Shown: positions 1 through 10,526, numbered from the stretch's first letter. The stretch: 64,000 nucleotides of DNA from an uncultured Chloroflexia bacterium (GCA_963765765.1 CAVXYC010000010.1:128001-192000); one strand, 5' to 3'. Notes: generated by a model not told the origin, from the letters alone. Translations and numbers: made by a program.

Positions 1-197
1 TCGGAGCGAGCTTGAGACTCCACTGCCTCTCGCGTGGCGAGGTCCACAAATTCGGCGATGTCGCGGATGCACCTGCCGCACAGCCGCTTTTCCCTGAGCC
101 CCAGACCGCGGATCAGCTCATCGGCCGTTAGCACTCCTGTTCGGGCTATGCGGCGAACTTGAGCCTCCGTCACGCCCTTACACAGACACAGATACAC
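1..197 (-). CDS. BFD-like [2Fe-2S] ferredoxin (runs off the window start)
   Basis: Manual translation from GTG at 197: MYLCLCKGVTEAQVRRIARTGVLTADELIRGLGLREKRLCGRCIRDIAEF, the CxC...CxxC BFD pattern. Not in the ORF track. Confidence 0.8.
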   Translation of the reverse strand, partial: MYLCLCKGVTEAQVRRIARTGVLTADELIRGLGLREKRLCGRCIRDIAEFVDLATREAVESQARS

Positions 198-362
198 AGC
201 GTTGCCTTCGATTCGATGGATTCAGGCGTCATCCAGGAATCTACTCGTTGCGGAGCAAGTCGTCAACGGATCGAATTGGAGAAGATTTCCTTATGAGTTA
301 CCACGCGAGTCCCGTCGCTTGATGGGTACCGCTGGCCACGGCAGGTCTAACGGATCAGGCAC

Positions 363-1136
363 TCAATCGCCAACATAACGATAGCCCGCTCGCTGCGCGT
401 CCGCTTCAGAAGCGAAGCATGCTGAAGGTTTGAGACGCGGACCGTGGCGCTGGTTGGGGCGCGTATACACGAACGCCCCGTTGCTCACCGCTGCCTTCAC
501 CGGATGAGTCGGCGGACACTCCCACGTGGCGATTGGGACGACGCGGCGCGGCCCGCTCGGATTTGTGGACAGTGGCGGATCGGTCTCCTGCTCATCCTCG
601 TTGAACCGAGCTGCTCGCTCGGTGTTGTCGACCTCGTCTGACGGGCCGCACTTCGACCACAAGCCGAGATTCGCCTCACGAGCGCTATCGGCCGCCCTCT
701 CGATCTTATCCGCGTAATCGCCCCTTGACTCGATCTCCAGGGGCACCACGGCGCCTTCAGCCACGAGTTGTTCGTTCACCAACCGTCCGCTCAACCACAG
801 ATAGCCGTAAAGGCGGCCGGATGGATCTCGAGGAAGATCTGGAAGCTCCAAGAGCGCCGTACGGCTTGTGACGAGGCTATTCAGCTGAATGCGGGCCGGG
901 CCTTCGTAGCAGGCGACCGCGGCGATTCCCAGGAGTCGGACCTGTTCTGTTGTCCCGGGCTCCAGCCGTGCTTCGACGGTGGTTGCGTCGAGCGCGCGGG
1001 TCACGACTACGGGCGTCAACTCATCAGTGTCGCTGCGATGTAGCTCCACCAGAGGCCGAGCGCCGAGTCCAAACGCAACCAGACACAAGCCACTCCCAGC
1101 AAGCAGTATTCTGGCCGCCCACCGGGGAAGCTGCAT
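363..1136 (-). CDS. Secreted thermonuclease (SNase)-family protein with a C-terminal Ada-like/sunset domain
   Basis: Signal-like N-terminus, VRLLGI, RDPSGRLYGYLW, LVNEQLVAEG, AREANLGLWSKC, C-terminal CFASEADAQRAGYR. Confidence 0.8.
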   Translation of the reverse strand: MQLPRWAARILLAGSGLCLVAFGLGARPLVELHRSDTDELTPVVVTRALDATTVEARLEPGTTEQVRLLGIAAVACYEGPARIQLNSLVTSRTALLELPDLPRDPSGRLYGYLWLSGRLVNEQLVAEGAVVPLEIESRGDYADKIERAADSAREANLGLWSKCGPSDEVDNTERAARFNEDEQETDPPLSTNPSGPRRVVPIATWECPPTHPVKAAVSNGAFVYTRPNQRHGPRLKPSACFASEADAQRAGYRYVGD

Positions 1137-1427
1137 GCCACGCCTTTCTCCGCGAAGGTTCTTAAACGCACATGGGGGAGTCGTAGTCTCACGGTAGTGA
1201 GTGGCGCGAGGCTGAGGAATTGCAGAAACGCTACGGGGGCGTCTCTATGTTGTGCCACCAAGCCTGCCTACTGTTCGGAGCGCTTGGAGTGCGGTGTGCA
1301 CGAGCAGCGCATCACTTAGACGGTCAAGCACCGGGGACGGATCACAAGCGTCGCCGTGAAGGCCGCACCTCAAAGCCTTTAACGTACGTATTGTTTTGAG
1401 AGCCACAACGGCAGGAGGTCAAAGTTC

Positions 1428-2114
1428 TTGAAACCAACAGCCATGCTCACCCGCGGCATCTGGATCATCGTCGCGGTGCTTGCAGTCATCGGGATTCTCG
1501 CCGTCTTGGGCCGGCTTTCGGATCTCGGCCGCGGTGTGGGGCCTCCGTCCGCGAGCTCAATTGATACCGGATACGCGGATCATCCATCGTTGACGATGTT
1601 GCACATCCTGCCTGGCGCTCTCTTCATGATCCTGGGCCCATTGCAGTTCGTACGAAGGATCCGCTCGCGCGCTCTTGGGTTCCATCGCTGGTCCGGGCGC
1701 GTCTTCGTAATCTCGAGTCTGGTGATTGGCGTCACCGGGATGATCATGGGCGTTGTCATGCCGATCGGTGGGGCCAACGAGACCGTCGCCACGACGTTTT
1801 TCGCGCTTATCTTTCTATTCGCGGTAGTACGTGCGTTCATCTACGTTCGCCAGGGCAATGTGGCGCGGCACCGAGAGTGGATGCTTCGGGCATTTGCTGT
1901 TGGTCTTGCCATCGCGACGATTCGGCCGATCGTCGTGATGTTCTTTGCCTTGACCAGTCTTTCCCCACAGGAGTTCTTTGGGATCGCATTCTGGCTCGGC
2001 TTCAGTCTGCATCTCGTCATTGCCGAGATCTGGATCCAGCACACGCGACCCCCGGGCCGCCGTGGGGGTCTCGAACCGGCGGGTGTGATCACCCCTGACC
2101 CCAATCACGCTTGA
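1428..2114 (+). CDS. DUF2306-like membrane protein
   Basis: AGGAGG RBS, several TM helices, motifs HILPG, PLQF, HRWSGR, HREWMLRAFA. Confidence 0.85.
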   Translation: MKPTAMLTRGIWIIVAVLAVIGILAVLGRLSDLGRGVGPPSASSIDTGYADHPSLTMLHILPGALFMILGPLQFVRRIRSRALGFHRWSGRVFVISSLVIGVTGMIMGVVMPIGGANETVATTFFALIFLFAVVRAFIYVRQGNVARHREWMLRAFAVGLAIATIRPIVVMFFALTSLSPQEFFGIAFWLGFSLHLVIAEIWIQHTRPPGRRGGLEPAGVITPDPNHA

Positions 2115-2137
2115 GCCAGCAAAATATACTGCTCAGC

Positions 2138-2656
2138 ATGGTCAATCGCAGCCTTCACCACTGTCTATATTGCTGGGCGGCCATCACGCCACGGGCATCC
2201 GGGCGACCCAGGCGCATCTGCGGCAGTCAAGCGTGCCGGCGCGCCGCTGACGCGGAACGTCGACGCATTCAACGGCGCCGCGCTGCCGGACTTCAAACGG
2301 TCACTCGTCGTGTCGCGGAGCCCGTCGAGCGTGGCGGCCGCGATCCGCTTATCCGCCGACTGGCAAAGCAGCTTGCGCGCGAGATCTGGCCGGGAGTGCC
2401 TGCTTCACGCGAAGACCTCGATGCGGTAATTGAGGCCATGCGAAACGGTCTCGATACGTCGTGGAGGCTCCGAGACGCTACGGCTAACGGGCACCTTGCA
2501 GGACTCTCAGCATCCGCTCAAGATGGCTTGGAGCGTCTCCATGCGCGGGCCGCGTCAATTCAGAAGATCGCGGAGGAAGAGGAGACTCGGGAGGCCTATG
2601 CGAAAGCCGGACTCAGCGTCGACCCTTCCACCGGATCGTGGGTTCGGCGACGATAA
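2138..2656 (+). CDS. Hypothetical zinc-finger protein of the mobile-element type
   Basis: CLYC...GRPRRICGSQACRRAA motif followed by a basic helix. Confidence 0.6.
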   Translation: MVNRSLHHCLYCWAAITPRASGRPRRICGSQACRRAADAERRRIQRRRAAGLQTVTRRVAEPVERGGRDPLIRRLAKQLAREIWPGVPASREDLDAVIEAMRNGLDTSWRLRDATANGHLAGLSASAQDGLERLHARAASIQKIAEEEETREAYAKAGLSVDPSTGSWVRRR

Positions 2657-2678
2657 CGTTCGCGGAGATTTCGCCCGA

Positions 2679-3080
2679 TTAGAGGGCCGCAAGCTCCTCG
2701 CTGTCGAAAGACTCTATTGCGGAAACCACGCCTGGCGTGCCGAGAGCCTCTTCAGTCATCCGTACGTCAACCCGTACTGATTCAGCGCCGTCGGTGACAT
2801 AGCGAACTTCACCGATTGGTCCATCAGCACGAACTTCCACCAGCATCCCGGGCTCTGGTGGCCAGATTGGCTCGAGATCCGCGACGGCGACAAGGATGGG
2901 AGTGGAATTGAGCGTAGATGGCACCTTTGGCAGAGCAGCAACAAATGGCTGAGCATCCTCCTGGACCTTCACCATCGGCGGCTTCCCGTTGCCTCGAGAC
3001 ATGATCGTCCATTTACCACCGCGGCCCTTGCAGCGCACGCGCGCTCCGATCGCCGCTCGCCAGTTGGGATGCCTGTCCAT
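2679..3080 (-). CDS. Hypothetical protein with two tandem KOW/SH3-like repeats
   Basis: GGAGGT RBS before ATG 3080. Repeats WRAAIGARVRCK...DLEPI and WPPEPGMLVEVR...EELAAL. Confidence 0.6.
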   Translation of the reverse strand: MDRHPNWRAAIGARVRCKGRGGKWTIMSRGNGKPPMVKVQEDAQPFVAALPKVPSTLNSTPILVAVADLEPIWPPEPGMLVEVRADGPIGEVRYVTDGAESVRVDVRMTEEALGTPGVVSAIESFDSEELAAL

Positions 3081-3316
3081 CGTGGATACCTCCGTCTCGC
3101 AAACGCGGTTGGCTGGATGGCCGGCTAATGCAGGGACAATGTACGTGATCGGACATCTTATCGCCACTTTGCCTTCACTCTGCTGTCGGATGTGTCGTGA
3201 TTCGGGGCGCAAAGCGCAGCTCCACTGGCATCCGCGTGCTCTTCCTTAACCTCGTGAGTGCTGCTGGGGTAAAGTTCAGGAGACAGACGAGGTTGTGTGG
3301 ATGACAAGGAGCACCA

Positions 3317-3514
3317 ATGCCGCGAGACAATTACGCCGAACAGATGGAGGAAGCGGCCAAGCGGGAAACCGCGAAGACGGCTGCTGAAGGCAACTGTATC
3401 GCACGATCCAATGACGGATCACTGTGTCGGCGGCCCGTGCCCAAGGAGCTCCGACAGAAGGGGATCCAGACGTGTCGCGCACATATGGGTCAACGACTGC
3501 GATACATGGCTTAG
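3317..3514 (+). CDS. Small C3H zinc-finger protein
   Basis: AAGGAG RBS; CIARSNDGSLCRRP...CRAH pattern. Confidence 0.6.
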   Translation: MPRDNYAEQMEEAAKRETAKTAAEGNCIARSNDGSLCRRPVPKELRQKGIQTCRAHMGQRLRYMA

Positions 3515-3799
3515 ACGTCGGTATTAGTTTCCTGACACCGCCCGAGAGGTCGCGCTTGCGGGCGTAATGCGGCCTGAAGGCCCGCCGTGAGTAAATAGGC
3601 ACACTTGCGGCGCGGCCGATGAATCGGCGTTCCGGTGGGCAGAGTCGTAGTCATGTCCGGTTCTCTCTGCCAAAACGCGTATGGTCATCGCATCGGGCCA
3701 GAATGGCTCGCGGACACGAGAACCGGGACGCAACCCGCGGAACCATCTCCCTCCGGCAGCGTATCCGGACTTCACTCGACAGCTTTACAGGCGCTCCTC

Positions 3800-4095
3800 G
3801 GTTGTTTCGAGGTCAGAACGTCGAGCGCTACCAGCTCCGAACGCCTGAAGGCCCCAGCGGAGCCCAGGAGGAGCAGAGCGCGATCACGGTGGCCGATGGG
3901 GGTATCGGAAAATTGTCCACCATCCGGCGCAGCGTGCTCGTGATCGCTGCGGCTTTCCGGTCGGCGCGATGCCTTTCGTGCGACGGATCCGTTGCCAGGT
4001 GGATCGCACCAGCGGGTGACTCCGCGGCGATGCATGGCCGGCGGTCACATGGGCCTCGGAGATAGCCGCCAGGCGGCGCTCCAGCGGGCTCATCC
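3800..4095 (-). pseudogene. Cre/Xer-like tyrosine recombinase internal fragment
   Basis: LERRLAAISEAHVTAGHASPRSHPLVRSTWQRIRRTKG, then after a frameshift DTPIGHRDRALLLLGSAGAFRRSELVALDV (box I Arg). Confidence 0.8.
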
Positions 4096-4345
4096 GATCC
4101 TGGCTCGTGTGGCAGTTAGATAGTAGGCGACGGTCTCCACCGTCGTGGGCAGGGTGGTTGCCCGTGCTCAGTGCACCAGATACTGAAATGCTGCCAGTCG
4201 GAGGATTGGCCCGCAGCGTGTTAGAGGCATTGCCCCTGGCAATGTAATTTCTCGTCTGCTCGACGATCACGGCGCGCGCGCCGTGTCGACCAGGTCTCGC
4301 GACGGACACAGGATCACCGTTGAGATGGCCACGGCCAAGGGGTCA

Positions 4346-5499
4346 TCATTCCGAGTTACCTGCTACAGACCTTCTCTGGCGGAGCGACGGGAGGCATCGA
4401 CGGTGGAATCCGACGATCGCTTCGACAAACTCCTTATGCCGCTCGAGCAAACTGAGGTGACCGGCCGATTCAAGCTCGAGCAGCTCGGATCCCGGGATGG
4501 CCCGGTGCATGAAGCGGCTCACCTCCGGCACCAATACCCGATCCTTGACCGACGTGAGTACCAGCGTGGGCATGCGCAGCGTGCCGAGCGTCGCGGTCTC
4601 GTCGAACTTGAACGACGCCAGATACCCCCGCGCCACCGCTGCGGGGGACAGCTTCGCGCCGAAGCTCGCCGCGAAGTCGAGCTGGCCGCGACTCTGGGTT
4701 CCGGCGAAGCCGCTCAGGGCCGCCGTGATATGCGAGGACCCGTTGAGATAGCTGAGCCAGTTCATCGCCCAGACCACCGGCCAGAGCCAGATCGTGAGAT
4801 GGAGCAATGGCGTCAGCACGGGCTTCTGCAGCGCCCGCATCACATCGCTCGCCGTGGTGGTCCGCACGGGGTTGGTATACGTGGTGTTCGCGAGCACCAC
4901 CCCGAGCACCCGCCGCTGTGCGTCCGCCGCGCACTTCCGCAGGAAGGTCAGGATGATCATGCCGCCCAGGCTATGGCCGACCACGAGCACCGGCCGGTGG
5001 CGTCCCGCGTGCGATACGACCGCATCGAGATCGTCCGCCATGCGATCCAAACTGTAGTTGTCATCGGTCGGACCGCCGGAGAGGCCCAGCCCGCGCGGAT
5101 CCCAGGTCAGCAACCGGAACGGGAGGAGAGCTGACGCTTCAGGTAATAGAACTCGGTGCTATCGATGCCCCAGCCCGGTGCCAGCACGATCGGCTCCCCG
5201 TCGGGCGCGCCGTACCACTCCGCATGGAGCTCGGATCCGTCCGGCCGTCGAACGCGCTGCACGGAACCGGTGCGCATCGCGTGGGGCTCGTCGGTTTCGG
5301 ATCGCCCCAGAAACGCGAGAACGACCCAGCGGCCGGCCAGACTCCAGAGGAGCGCGAGCGACGCCAGCACCAGGGACCCGGTCCCGACGATCGCGCCGGT
5401 GAACCAGAGCCAGAGGAGATAGACGCCGCCGCCGAGGAGCGCGATCGAGGCGACTCCAATCAGCCAGGTGAATGGGAGAATGAGCGGGAAAAACGACAC
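4346..5499 (-). pseudogene. Membrane-anchored alpha/beta hydrolase with a frameshift near 5110
   Basis: Two N-terminal TM helices, APGWG, WDPRGLGLS, GHSLGG nucleophile elbow, catalytic Asp and His. Split over two ORFs; could be a sequencing error. Confidence 0.8.
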
Positions 5500-5635
5500 G
5501 TCACCTTCCGGGGCACTGACCCGACGGGGCCATACGCAGAATGCACCGCCGGTCCGTCTCCCCGGAACTGACGCGAGGCCGGGTGGCGCGCACGGCCGAT
5601 TGGAACTATCGGGCCGGCCCACCGACAGGGATAGG

Positions 5636-5682
5636 CACCGAATACCCAAGGCTCACGCCGCGGGGGCCTTGGGTATTCGGTG
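5636..5682. repeat. Inverted repeat with a 17-bp perfect stem
   Basis: CACCGAATACCCAAGGC ... GCCTTGGGTATTCGGTG. Confidence 0.75.
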
Positions 5683-5729
5683 ATGCGTGAAGGTGAAGAC
5701 GACGATGCGCCGGAGGCTTTCCCCGTTGA

Positions 5730-5852
5730 GTGTCTTCGGCAACCTGCTCTCCGACGCGGTGCGGTACACGCAGCCGGCGGCTCCATCGCCGTGCGACTGT
5801 GTGAAGGACGAGGACTGGACGCTCGTGCGCCGTGGTGACTAAACACGGCCAC
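5730..5852 (+). pseudogene. Histidine kinase HATPase N-box fragment
   Basis: Manual translation VFGNLLSDAVRYTQP...TLVRRGD*. Confidence 0.45.
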
Positions 5853-6043
5853 TGGTCCGTTAGGCTGGGACGTGTCGACGAAACGATCGCGCGGACATCA
5901 CCGGCAGCAGAACGTCAGCCAGATGGGTTAGGCGAGGACATTCTTGTTGAATGCCTGAAGATCGGCGGCCCTGGGCCATCCTCCCAGAACCCTCGCTGTC
6001 TATCCTCGGAACCCGAGCCCTGGCGATGGGGGAGATTGCTCGA

Positions 6044-6532
6044 TTAAACGAGGCGATCCGCAAATTCGCTGAATCTCGTTCTGGATCGGTTACCACAATG
6101 GGGCGGGAGGAAACCGCCGCGCTGCCACGACGAAGGGTCCGCAAGGGCAGCGATGAGATTTTGGACGAATGCCCGGTCCACGTCGCTAGCCGGTCGCTTT
6201 GCAATAGACGATGTTCGACCGTGTCCGTACCATGTCCACCACAGGACACCCTTGTCTTGAAGCAACTGGATCTTCAATCCGCGATCCCCGCCCTTCCAGA
6301 ACACTGACCACTCCTCGTTTGATGGACCAACGGCGGGATGTTCGGTCGTTAGCGAGGGTATAGCCGTCTTAGCCTCAGCGATGCACGAGTCGACGAGTTC
6401 CGCGAGTGCATGCGCGGCTTTGACTTGTTCTGCCCGATTGCGAACGGCCGAGGCCTGCAGTTCCGCTTCGTCAGACTCGATCCGGTCGGAATCCTTTTCG
6501 AGATCTCGGAGTCTTTCCTGGAAGTCGCTCAT
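6044..6532 (-). CDS. Hypothetical protein with an N-terminal coiled coil
   Basis: Clean ORF, GGAG RBS, natural amino-acid composition. Confidence 0.6.
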   Translation of the reverse strand: MSDFQERLRDLEKDSDRIESDEAELQASAVRNRAEQVKAAHALAELVDSCIAEAKTAIPSLTTEHPAVGPSNEEWSVFWKGGDRGLKIQLLQDKGVLWWTWYGHGRTSSIAKRPASDVDRAFVQNLIAALADPSSWQRGGFLPPHCGNRSRTRFSEFADRLV

Positions 6533-7325
6533 TCAATACTCCAACTAGCCGCTGAAGGTGCCCTTCGGGACGCTCCGAGTCACTGACCCTTGGAACACTC
6601 ACGCCGTACGAGTGGCTGTAAATCTTTCAGTGATTTGTAGCCGGGGCTTCCCGCCGAGGTTCTACGTGGCTAGTGCCCTGATCCTAGCAATTCGGGCGCA
6701 TTCCGAATTGAGTGTAATCAATCGAGCACCTACCGGCCGGTATGTGGGAGTCAGTTCGACGTTGATCAGGCGGTCAACTCACTGCAGTAGAACGAAAGGC
6801 CCGGGCGTCTGCTCCGGACACGATGTCACGACGATGCGCCGCGCTCCTGCCGGTGGGGTACGATCGTGAGCGGGGTATGGTCCGGTCAGGGCGGGCGACC
6901 ATGGGGGCAAGGGCAGCGGCAAGGTAAGGAAGAAGGCACCCAAGTCGACAACGCAAGGGAAGCATGGTCTCCGGCCGCACGAGAAGCCCGAACAAGCCGC
7001 CACCGCGGCGGCTCCCAAGAAGTCCCGAAAGTGACCGCCACGCCGGAGCACGAGAGCCATTGTCGTTGATCCGATGGGTCTACTCGTCCCGCGCTGGGGA
7101 CGGCGCCGCCGGCGCGTGCTAACTACCTTGCAATGAAGTTCAGCATCGATGAAAATGGCGCGCGGCGGCGACGGGGGCCTGCAAGCGGGTATACTTCTGG
7201 TTGCTGGATAGTTTCGCACGACGACCCATCGGGGTCGGGCATCGCCGCGGCGCTCACGTGCCGCTTCGGATTCCCCTCGTGAACTCGCGCTGACGGAACC
7301 ACCAAGCCCACGTATGGAGTCAGCG

Positions 7326-7673
7326 TTGAGTTACGCAGACAAGACTTTGACCTGCCGCGATTGCGGCCAGGCGTTTATTTTCACGAGTGGGGAGCAGGAC
7401 TTCCACGCGTCGAAGGGGTTCAATAACGAGCCCTCCCGATGTGCCGACTGCCGGGCAGCGAACAAAGCAGCCCGTGGAGACAGCGGCGGCTATAGCTCCG
7501 GTGGCTACAGCAGTGGCGGCGCTGGTGGCTACGGCCGCTCCGAGCGCGAAATGTTCTCCGCAACCTGCTCTGACTGCGGAAAAGAAGCGCGTGTGCCGTT
7601 CCAGCCCCGCGGTGACAAACCGGTGTACTGTTCCGACTGCTTCTCCAAGCAGCGCGGGAGCTCCTACCGCTAA
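7326..7673 (+). CDS. Zinc-ribbon plus CxxC-x17-CxxC domain protein
   Basis: DKTLTCRDCGQAFIFT..EQDF..KGF.NEPSRCADCR and REMFSATCSDCGKEARVPFQPRGDKPVYCSDCF. TTG start after GGAG. Confidence 0.92.
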   Translation: MSYADKTLTCRDCGQAFIFTSGEQDFHASKGFNNEPSRCADCRAANKAARGDSGGYSSGGYSSGGAGGYGRSEREMFSATCSDCGKEARVPFQPRGDKPVYCSDCFSKQRGSSYR

Positions 7674-7689
7674 CCCGGTACGACGCGGT

Positions 7690-7735
7690 GGACATTCGAA
7701 TGGGCCAGGGAGAACCCTGGCCCATTCGAATGTCC
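7690..7735 (+). terminator. 21-bp perfect hairpin after the zinc-ribbon gene
   Basis: GGACATTCGAATGGGCCAGGG-AGAA-CCCTGGCCCATTCGAATGTCC; no U-tract. Confidence 0.6.
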
Positions 7736-8723
7736 GATCCCGGGAGACTCAAGCTCGCGTTCGAGCGATAGATCGCTGTCACTGGGCAATTCCAAATTAA
7801 CCCGAAAAGTACAGGCGATTGCCCATAGCCTTGGGCTCGTACTGGACAACGCGCTCAGGCGGGGCGGGACTGATCAACCAAGTCGATGAGGTCCTGCGCA
7901 TCGGCGGCCAGCTCTCGACGCGGATGATCCCCCTGGGCCTAGCCCTGGTGCGTACGCTCCCCACTCGCGCACGTGATCGATATCGGCGACGTGACGCTAT
8001 CTGGAGCATGTCAACCTAAGAACTCGGGTTTGCTCGACGTCCTACGTTCGGGTTGTGAATTTAGGGACCACGCACTGGATATACGTCGATTGCCCAACAT
8101 GATGTAGTGGACTTGAGTTCAATTATTAGTTCATATGGGATGGAGTAGATGTGCTGCCGAAGGAGACGCTTTGAGAGTCAGACCAGGTTGAGCGATTTAT
8201 GTTGACGTCGACGTGACCACGGACTGGACTGCGGCCGAACCGATCTTACGGAGCGCCGCGGGCAGGTCGGGATCGTGACCCACGGTGTTGTACCGGCACG
8301 CCTCCGAGCGCTCCTGGTGGTGCTGGGATGCTTGGTGGCACCGATGCTGATCACGGCTGAGTCCTCGGCACCGCGTGACCTGGCCGGCGATGTCCGGGAC
8401 CCCCACCGTTCGACTTCGTGTGAATCCAGCGCACAGACCTTCATGTAGTCCCTCGTGGTGTAGTTGGCCTGCTTGGAAGTCTGGATCGAGCGGCACGAGG
8501 CCCGGTGGAGTTTTAGATAGCTCGGCGACGGGGTCCGATAACAATTTACGACGAATTCGTTCGCGTACCGTTCGACCCAACGGCGATAGCCGTCTCGTCA
8601 TCCCGGAAATGCCACTACCACATCCCTACCCTCCATGCTCGACTTGTTGTTCCCATGCCCGTGTGTCCGACGGGTCCTTCCCGCTCCGGCTCCAAGGTGT
8701 TGGAAGACCGCAGTCCCCGTTTG

Positions 8724-9335
8724 CTACCTCACACGGTCACCGTTTGTACCCAATGCCAGCGCGGTCCCGTTGAACCGGTGCGGATCGGGCGGCAGAACAT
8801 CAAACCGGCGATTCGGGATGTCCGGGCAGTCCAGATCGGGCGGGGCGGCGCGGGGTGCACACCGTCGGATAGGCCGCGTTGCAGATCTGCGCCTCGCGCA
8901 CGGGCGGGACGGACGCGCGGCGCCGGTGGCACGGACATGGCTCCGCTCAACGGAGCGGTAGACGGTGCAGGCGCCATGCACGCGATCCCCAAGCCGAGCC
9001 CCTGATCGCGCGCTGACTGCACGGCCGCGGCGAACCGATCCGCATACCGCGAGTTCAGCTGAATGGTGAGCTGGATCGCGTAGGTTTCGGCGGCCAGATG
9101 CTCGTACAGCACCCAGGTGCTCTCGTCCGTATCCTGGAGCCACAGGTACCCAAGCAGTCGGCCGAATCGATCGCGCACGTCCAAGTCCATTTCAAGCTGC
9201 GCTGACTTAACCAGTGCCAGCTCGGATGTTCGGGCTGACGATTCAGGACCGAACCATTGGACCGGCTGTTACCAGGGGCGAAACGGAAATGCCGAAGCCG
9301 AGGAGCTGGGCCATCGCAGCGCCACTCCGTCTTTC
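8724..9335 (-). pseudogene. Thermonuclease with an Excalibur-like C-terminal domain, multiply frameshifted
   Basis: LEMDLDVRDRFGRLLGYLW, RYADRFAAAVQSARDQGLGL, PPDLDCPDIPNRRFDVLPPDPHRF in different frames. Confidence 0.8.
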
Positions 9336-9464
9336 CATCGGGCGTCACGCGGCGGCCAGCCTGACTCTACTGCGCGGCCGGAGCCGCGCCATCCTCCGCA
9401 CGGTGGGCAGCGCAGTAGCATCGTCGCTGCTCCAATCTGGCCCGCTCGTCCGTTGCGACGGGTC

Positions 9465-9493
9465 TTGTCAGCGAGCATTCCCAGCGCTATGCT
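9465..9493 (+). promoter_or_regulatory. Sigma70-type promoter of candidate RNA-B, copy 1
   Basis: TTGTCA-17 bp-TATGCT. Confidence 0.65.
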
Positions 9494-9498
9494 GACTC

Positions 9499-9580
9499 AA
9501 CCAGACCGTGCTCGTGGCCAGAGCACGGTCGGGGGAGGGCAAAGGCCGGGGGAATGGGGACCCCTCTCCGGCCTTTCGTG
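9499..9580 (+). ncRNA. Candidate two-hairpin small RNA (RNA-B), copy 1
   Basis: Hairpins GACCGTGCTC/GAGCACGGTC (9504-9530) and AAAGGCCGG/CCGGCCTTT (9541-9576); homologous copy at 12164-12242. Confidence 0.55.
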
Positions 9581-9984
9581 TCCCGAGCGCGCGATCCACG
9601 CCTGCGTGCCCCGCTCCGGCGGTTTGCTCTCCGTGAGCCATGGGGCCGCTGCGGGCTCGCGCTCGGCATCTGGACGCCGGCTGATTGCGCCCTCGCTGAG
9701 GTGGCGCTTGGACGCCCCACGATGGCGGCAAGTCTGAATGGTCTAGCAGCAACGCCCCTGTTTTACGTGGAAGCGGAAACCGTGGGTTCTACTTCAGCAC
9801 GCCCGTGAGGGCGGCTACGAGGAACGGGATCAGGAGTCAGTCGGCACGACCCTGGCGGCCGACCGGGATGCCGGAGCCCAGGTTGGCCGAGACCTCGGAC
9901 GATTGGGCGCGGGGTGGCACATGACCACCCGTCGGCGTTCGCGCGGTCTCGAGTTGAACCGGTGTCAAGACCGGCGCGGCCGCC

Positions 9985-10470
9985 TCACGGCTCCGGCGGC
10001 GGCCCGGCGGGCTCCACGTGAAACTTCGCCGCCAGCCGCAGCATCTTGGGCATGTCCGGCTCCGCCGGCGGGGGAAGCGTCCGCCCCCGCGCCGGCTCGC
10101 CTACCTCCGCCGCGAAGCGCTCGAACTGGGCGGGCGATGTGATCTGCAGGAGCCGGGCCGGCGCCGCTTCCGAGACTGCGAAAGTGTGCGGGATGTCGCG
10201 CGGGAGCAGGACAAACGTGCCCGGCGCGGCGGACCACGTCCGGTCGCCGCAGGTGACGGTCAACTCGCCCTCCAGCACGTAGAACGCCTCGTCCTCGACC
10301 CGGTGGATGTGCGGGGGTGGCGCGAAGCCGGCTGGCGCGAGCTGCTCGAGGAGCGTGAACGCGCCGCGGGTCTGGTCGCCCCCGGCCTTGATTGTCATGA
10401 GGGTGCCGAGGAACCAGATCCCCTCGCCCTCCCCTGGTCCGAGCCGGTAGCCGCCCGTGTCGAAGCTCAT
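9985..10470 (-). CDS. Cupin-domain protein (quercetin 2,3-dioxygenase-like)
   Basis: PPHIHRVEDEAFYVLEGEL and PRDIPHTF cupin motifs. Confidence 0.9.
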   Translation of the reverse strand: MSFDTGGYRLGPGEGEGIWFLGTLMTIKAGGDQTRGAFTLLEQLAPAGFAPPPHIHRVEDEAFYVLEGELTVTCGDRTWSAAPGTFVLLPRDIPHTFAVSEAAPARLLQITSPAQFERFAAEVGEPARGRTLPPPAEPDMPKMLRLAAKFHVEPAGPPPEP

Positions 10471-10526
10471 CGCCGCCTTCTTCCCGCGCGGCCACGCCGC
10501 TCGTAGTAGATTCCTCGGGTACCAGA

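Noticed and set aside
1137-1427. Distal att copy of the tRNA-Lys 3' end
   Set aside because: No match to GGTGACCCGCCCGGG was seen here or elsewhere left of 35.7 kb.
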